Assembly (NCBI GenBank): GCA_963793265.1
Contig: CAWBZI010000001.1
Location: 1,664,001 to 1,728,000 of the forward strand
DNA from: an uncultured cyanobacterium
Lineage (GTDB): Bacteria; Cyanobacteriota; Cyanobacteriia; Phormidesmidales; Phormidesmidaceae
Reading direction: 5' to 3'
Length of the DNA: 64,000 nt
A model generated the notes under the pieces. The model searched no databases. It was not told the origin of the DNA and was given only the letters and a program-made list of their open reading frames with translations. How positions within the stretch are numbered: the stretch's first letter is position 1; the number at the start of each line of letters is the position of its first letter. Below are positions 59,032 through 64,000 of the stretch, in pieces. A program made the translations under genes and the position numbers.

Positions 59032-59479
59032 TTTGTCCACTGTGCCAGTTGAGTCAGGTTCAACCTATCCCGCAGAATTTCAGACGGCGGTGGCAGGGCG
59101 ATCGCGTCAGCGGATCGGCAAAGCCGCAGGGCTCAAAAACTTTGGCGTCAACTTAACGACGCTACAGCCTGGAAGCCAGTCAGCGCTGAGACACTGGCAC
59201 TCTGCGCAAGATGAGTTTGTCTACATCGTTCAAGGCGAGCTGGTGATGATTACAGACGATGGCGAGCAGCAATTGAACCCAGGCGATATGGCTTGCTTCC
59301 CGGCAGCCAAAGCGAATGGACACCATCTAGTTAACCGTTCACACGCGCCTGCGACCTACTTAGAAGTCGGTGATAAGTCCACACCAGATCGCGCTGAATA
59401 TCCTGATGATGATTTGGTGTGTGTGCCCATGCCTGACGGCAAAAGGCAGTTTGAGCGTAAAGATGGGTCTGTTTATTAG
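59021..59479 (+). CDS. cupin domain protein
   Basis: FGVNL, SALRHWH..QDEF.YIVQGE, ANGHHLVN. Confidence 0.9.
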   Translation: MKIDLSTVPVESGSTYPAEFQTAVAGRSRQRIGKAAGLKNFGVNLTTLQPGSQSALRHWHSAQDEFVYIVQGELVMITDDGEQQLNPGDMACFPAAKANGHHLVNRSHAPATYLEVGDKSTPDRAEYPDDDLVCVPMPDGKRQFERKDGSVY

Positions 59480-59794
59480 CGCGATCGCCGTTTAAGCCTG
59501 GCATAGAAAGCTCGAATATAGCCCCAATACGCAAAATTACTCTGATCAAGGCTGTGACAAGAATGCTTCATTAGAGGAGTATCTACTTAGGGACAATCCC
59601 CAAAAGCTCTTGGTGGCAACCTGATCGAACCCACCCAGCGGCCCTATCGCTACATCCGCTGTCTTTACTTAAAAAATATACAAAAGCCGTCAGTACTTGC
59701 GCAAAGTTTATTTCAAAAGTTGCGGATTAGTATCCAAAAACTAAGTATAAATTTATACCGCAGTTAAAAGACTTCCACCATAGGGACTCCCATC

Positions 59795-60526
59795 ATGAAA
59801 TATCGTATTCTCGGCGCACTTGTCTCCTTAGCTGCTTGGTCAGTTAGCTACGCGCCTGCACCACAAGCTATCGGCCTGCAAATCGGCACCGCCGCCCAAG
59901 CGGGCGTACGTTGGACACCCGACCCCGATCAGGGCAGTGCTTCTAGTACTCTATCTGGCGGGCGTCGCGGCACATCAGCGTCGGCCTGCGCCCTAGATTC
60001 TCTCGCCCCTGATCCTGCGATTACGCTGCTAGTACCCGAAGGCGCTACCGGCCTAACCACCAAAGCGCAGCCTACACTTTCCTGGTATCTAGAAAGTGAG
60101 AACGTTGCTGAAATGACCTTTATGCTTTCTCACCCTGAACAGGCCACACCCATTCATACTCAGCACATTAGCGCTTCCGAAGGATTAGTAGAGGTGTCTC
60201 TGCCAGATTCGGCTGCGTTAGAAGTTGGTACGCGCTACCGCTGGATGGTTTTTTTAACCTGCAATAATGGTGAGAATGAAGTTCATGCTCGGAGCTTTGT
60301 AGAGCGAGTGGCTGAAGATTCTGTCGCTACAGACATCAGCAGCTTAAGCGAAACTCAGCAGGCGGAAGCTTACGCCGAAAGTGGGATTTGGTACGACGCG
60401 CTCAATAGCTTAGTTAGCGCCTATCGCGCAGAATCACAGATGAGTACGCTGCTAGACATTCGAGGTTTGCTGGAGCAGGCTGATACCGAAGTGCCTTTGG
60501 ATCTTTCTTTGGCGACGGCCTCATAG
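59795..60526 (+). CDS. DUF928 family exported protein
   Basis: Signal-peptide-like N-terminus, GGRRG...C, GLTT..QPT..WY, YRW....C, YAESGIWYDAL. Confidence 0.85.
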   Translation: MKYRILGALVSLAAWSVSYAPAPQAIGLQIGTAAQAGVRWTPDPDQGSASSTLSGGRRGTSASACALDSLAPDPAITLLVPEGATGLTTKAQPTLSWYLESENVAEMTFMLSHPEQATPIHTQHISASEGLVEVSLPDSAALEVGTRYRWMVFLTCNNGENEVHARSFVERVAEDSVATDISSLSETQQAEAYAESGIWYDALNSLVSAYRAESQMSTLLDIRGLLEQADTEVPLDLSLATAS

Positions 60527-60571
60527 CGATCGCATATCCAATTATCAACCAGGCTTAACTAGATTCAAACA

Positions 60572-60609
60572 AAAGCCTTCATTCCTCTCAATCTGGAATG
60601 GAGGCTTTA
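60572..60609 (+). terminator. hairpin/terminator after DUF928 gene
   Basis: AAAGCCTTCATTCC / GGAATGGAGGCTTT. Confidence 0.6.
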
Positions 60610-60640
60610 TCTATCGCTATGCACTTATTCAGCGCTCACA

Positions 60641-62530
60641 TTGAGCAAACTTGCTGAAATGAATCTCCAGCTGGCTCAATTGGGCTTACTAAAGACAAGC
60701 TTTGCACTTTATTTGCGATTTACTCGTAGGGCCAGCCGCAGACATCAAAGGAACAGATTTTACGTGGTAGACAAGCCTCGCAAGTCGCCTGCCATGGGCT
60801 GGACGGGTGTCCTCAACAACTGGTGTCGGCGGCTGTTTAACCCAAAATATATATCGCCGCTACTCGGTATTGTGGCAACCGGGGGGGTTATGACCTTTCG
60901 GAGTGTAGGCGCTTTTCAGGTGTGGGAGCTACATGCCTTTGACTGGATGATGAATCACCGGCCAGTTGAGCCGCAAGACGACCGCATCGTCATCATTGGG
61001 ATTGATGAGAAGGATATTGCGATCGCCAATAGTGCGGTAATTTCAGACGCCATGCTAGCCGATGTGATTGAGACGGTTAAGGCTCAAAATCCGTCAGTGA
61101 TTGGTATTGATTTATTTCGCAATGTGCCCCACGGCGAGGGTTACGACAGGCTAGAGCAGATTTTCGATCAAACGCCGAATATCATTGGCATTAAGAAGGT
61201 GGTGGACGACGCAGCACTTTCATCAGTGCTAGGCAATCCGGTGTTAACTGCGAAAAATCAGGTCGCTGCGAGCGATCTGATTGCGGACATTGACGGACGG
61301 GTTCGACGGGGTTTTTTATATCCAGATGCAAAGGATGTGGAAGGGCTTGCCTTTCGGCTGGCGCTAGATTACTTAGAAAGTCACGACATCGTGCCTGACC
61401 CGACTTCTAAAGTCTTAAAGCTAGGTGAAGCTAAGTTTCCGCCGGTTAAAAGCAACTCTGGCGGCTATAGTCATGCAGATGCGGGGGGCTACCAGCTCAT
61501 TATGAACTGGCGAGTAAAGCCGACCTTTCAGACGTACAGCGCTCAAGACGTACTCTCGAACAAAATTCCACCAGAGATGCTGCGCGACAAAATTGTCATG
61601 ATTGGCTCGATGCAATCGGGCGATGCTGACGTTTTTTTTACACCCTACAGCAGGCAAGCGGGATTTTTGGGCCTTTTGCCAAGTCACGGTATTGAAATCC
61701 ACGCGAGCTTTACCAGCCAAATTATCAGCGCGGCTTTTGGTCAGCGCCCTTTAATCAAAACGCTGCCAGAATATATGGAGATTGCTTTAATGGCGGTAAC
61801 AGCAGGCGTAGGTATCACGCTCTATCGCACAGGCAGAAGCGATTTGCATCGCCTGCGATGGTTTGGCGGAACCCTGGTGCTGATAGGTACCGTTAGCTAC
61901 CTGGCGCTGATGCTCTCTGGCTTGTGGCTACCTGTTGTGCCTGTGGTCTTTTCACTGCTGGCCGCACCCGTCGTTGCTCGCTTGCAAAAGATCAACCGCT
62001 TGCAAACGCTCTCTCAGATAGATGAGCTAACTCAGCTTGCCAACCGCCGTAGCTTTCAAGACCATTTGGCTCAAGAATGGCAGCGAGGAATGCGATCGCA
62101 CACACCACTCTCTCTCATCCTATGCGATGTGGACTATTTCAAGTTCTATAACGACACTTACGGCCACCCTCAGGGCGATGAGTGCCTAAAGCAGGTGGCC
62201 CGTGCCATTGGCAAAGCCGCCCGTCGTCCTGATGATTTAGCGGCTCGCTATGGTGGCGAGGAGTTTGTGATTTTGCTGCCTAATACGACTTCTGAAGGGG
62301 CTCAGCAGATTGCAAAGGACGCGGCTGCTAATGTTCTAGACCTACAGCTAGAGCACAAGTCTTCGCAGGTTACACCTTTTGTCACCATTAGCTTAGGCGT
62401 AACGACGCTAATTCCGGCATCTGAGGTTGCAGTGAGTACTTTAGTCGATACGGCTGATTTAGGCTTATACGAAGCGAAGCGTAGGGGCCGCAATCAGATG
62501 GTGGTGCGACTACCCTGGTCAGTGGGTTAG
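60641..62530 (+). CDS. CHASE2-domain diguanylate cyclase
   Basis: D.RIVIIGIDE, IGIDLFR, DIDGRVRR, GIEIHA (CHASE2); three TM; DELTQLANRR, RPDD I-site, GGEEF; true start probably 60764 or 60794. Confidence 0.92.
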   Translation: MSKLAEMNLQLAQLGLLKTSFALYLRFTRRASRRHQRNRFYVVDKPRKSPAMGWTGVLNNWCRRLFNPKYISPLLGIVATGGVMTFRSVGAFQVWELHAFDWMMNHRPVEPQDDRIVIIGIDEKDIAIANSAVISDAMLADVIETVKAQNPSVIGIDLFRNVPHGEGYDRLEQIFDQTPNIIGIKKVVDDAALSSVLGNPVLTAKNQVAASDLIADIDGRVRRGFLYPDAKDVEGLAFRLALDYLESHDIVPDPTSKVLKLGEAKFPPVKSNSGGYSHADAGGYQLIMNWRVKPTFQTYSAQDVLSNKIPPEMLRDKIVMIGSMQSGDADVFFTPYSRQAGFLGLLPSHGIEIHASFTSQIISAAFGQRPLIKTLPEYMEIALMAVTAGVGITLYRTGRSDLHRLRWFGGTLVLIGTVSYLALMLSGLWLPVVPVVFSLLAAPVVARLQKINRLQTLSQIDELTQLANRRSFQDHLAQEWQRGMRSHTPLSLILCDVDYFKFYNDTYGHPQGDECLKQVARAIGKAARRPDDLAARYGGEEFVILLPNTTSEGAQQIAKDAAANVLDLQLEHKSSQVTPFVTISLGVTTLIPASEVAVSTLVDTADLGLYEAKRRGRNQMVVRLPWSVG

Positions 62531-62559
62531 TCGTCAGTGGGTTAGTCGCTATCACGAGA

Positions 62560-63480
62560 CTACTTTCGATGGACGTTTCGATAGTTAATTCTTGCCCCTG
62601 CCCACTGCAGCTTATTGCGCAGCGTTCGGTAGTAGGAATGGTCTTTGCGCAAAATAATAAACTTAGCTAAGTGGCTAGCCATGCGAATATCAACGCGCTG
62701 ACCGGGCCAAACGGTTGTGCCCAAAACGCCATCCGTCCATAGCTTTGTATCACCTTCGGTATCGCCTAGCGGCCATACGCTCACCGTGCTGCCGGGAGGG
62801 AGCACAATAGGCCGACTCGAAAGGCTCATCGGGCAGATAGGCGTGACGATAATGGCCTGCATTCCAGGATGCACAATCGGGCCGTTCGCTGAGACGGTAT
62901 AGCCAGTAGAGCCAGTCGGCGTGCTAATCAGCAGACCGTCCCCCTGGTATTGATCGACGACCTCGCCGTCTATTTCTACTTCTAGGGTGGAGGTAATCAT
63001 GCGATTGGGCGAAGCGGGTTTTACGCACATTTCATTGAGGGCAAAGTAGCGATCGCTCATCGGTTCAAAATTACCAGAGGCTCCAACATGCGCCTCGGCC
63101 TGTAGCATCATGCGCTGCTGTACGGCAAAGCGATCGCCCAGCAACCGCTCCCATACCTTCTCAAAATCATCAATCTCATCTGCCGACTCCGCTAAGAACC
63201 CTAAGTGCCCACCGACATTGACCGCCAGCATCGGAATATCATCTGCTGCTAAGTGCCTAGCAGCGGCTAAAGCTGTGCCATCTCCGCCCAACACAACAGC
63301 AAGATCGATAGGTGTGGCGGTGGATTCCAAAAAAACAGGGTACGGATTGTCTTTAGCACCGCTTGGCCCCATTAGAACCTTTGAGCCCAAAGCTTCGAGC
63401 TGACGAGCGCACTTATCTGCTCGCGCTTTACTCACGGGGTTGCCCGCTCTATATACGATAATGACTTGCTTTAGCTCCAC
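62560..63480 (-). CDS. nadK: NAD(+) kinase
   Basis: LGGDGT, GHLGFL, ALNE, DGLLISTPTGSTGY. Confidence 0.95.
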   Translation of the reverse strand: MELKQVIIVYRAGNPVSKARADKCARQLEALGSKVLMGPSGAKDNPYPVFLESTATPIDLAVVLGGDGTALAAARHLAADDIPMLAVNVGGHLGFLAESADEIDDFEKVWERLLGDRFAVQQRMMLQAEAHVGASGNFEPMSDRYFALNEMCVKPASPNRMITSTLEVEIDGEVVDQYQGDGLLISTPTGSTGYTVSANGPIVHPGMQAIIVTPICPMSLSSRPIVLPPGSTVSVWPLGDTEGDTKLWTDGVLGTTVWPGQRVDIRMASHLAKFIILRKDHSYYRTLRNKLQWAGARINYRNVHRK

Positions 63481-63585
63481 ACCAGCGGCCCCCGTTTGTA
63501 ATTGTTTATCAGCTCAAAAATTAAAAACCTCAAGATTCGCGAAGGGAACCTCAAGGCTTTTAAACCGGATATTAAAGGCTTTTGG

Positions 63586-63891
63586 TTACCACTTAAGCAA
63601 ATTGAACTGTTCCATATCCACCGTATCGCGGTTGCGGTAGATAGAGAGGACAATTGCCAGGCCCACGGCGGCTTCAGCCGCTGCAATCGTAATCACAAAC
63701 ACCGCAAACACCTGCCCCTTAATCTCAGCAGGGTCTAGATAGTTTGAAAACGCCATCAGATTAATATTGACCGCGTTAAGCATTAGCTCAATAGACATCA
63801 GCACGCGAATAACGTTACGGCTAGTAACTAAGCCATAGACCCCTACAGAGAATAGGGCAGCGGCTAACAGTAAAAAGTACTCAAGTTGCAT
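63586..63891 (-). CDS. ndhE: NAD(P)H-quinone oxidoreductase subunit 4L/K
   Basis: [40 protein letters not shown]. Confidence 0.97.
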   Translation of the reverse strand: MQLEYFLLLAAALFSVGVYGLVTSRNVIRVLMSIELMLNAVNINLMAFSNYLDPAEIKGQVFAVFVITIAAAEAAVGLAIVLSIYRNRDTVDMEQFNLLKW

Positions 63892-64000
63892 AAAGCGTCA
63901 GGCGTAAAGGAAATAGTCAACAAAAGAAGGTCTGTGACTCTATTTAAACTATCTATTCAAACAAAAGTCAGGCACAGAAAATAGCAGCCTAGTCATCATC

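Larger units (their letters stand above)
1..64000. repeat. HIP1 (GCGATCGC) highly iterated palindrome
   Basis: Dozens of copies across the window in coding and intergenic DNA (e.g. 1051, 43768, 44955); not counted exactly. Confidence 0.95.

Noticed and set aside
63989..64000. Possible 3' end of ndhG (GAT GAT GAC TAG on minus strand)
   Set aside because: Only 12 nt visible; expected by synteny but not supportable
1..64000. CRISPR arrays, rRNA, transposases
   Set aside because: No repeat-spacer pattern, rRNA-like sequence or transposase motifs seen

Overview
Chromosomal segment of a cyanobacterium. The evidence is abundant HIP1 GCGATCGC sites plus ocp/frp, chlI, ndhE and rpoZ; a filamentous, salt-tolerant Leptolyngbyaceae-like organism is an inference. 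Housekeeping blocks flank the window: pcrA, tadA, bolA-grxD on the left; rsmA-ispE-rpoZ, tRNA-Pro(GGG), chlI-ruvC, nadK-ndhE on the right. Between them is a long stress-protection region. It holds a complete glucosylglycerol cycle (ggpS divergent from gghA-glpK-ggpP), an uncharacterised GT2-GT4-PIG-L-beta-sandwich operon, ocp-frp and an enterobacteria-like bdcA/bdcR pair. It also holds two overlapping photolyase-family genes converging on an atypical mycosporine (MAA) cluster: a long divergent mysA and mysB-mysC-extra methyltransferase, with no mysD/mysE in the window. The most unexpected sequence-level signal lies at 54.1-55.8 kb, upstream of tRNA-Pro. An uncharacterised winged-HTH-like gene carries palindromic TCCTNAGGA boxes over its promoter/RBS, and a second 12-bp-period array of the same box lies ~830 bp downstream, amid decayed toxin-antitoxin and DUF4058 genes. 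This is a candidate single-protein DNA-binding/centromere-like module. All family assignments come from recalled motifs, not database searches. Several start codons were moved downstream of the ORF-track starts.
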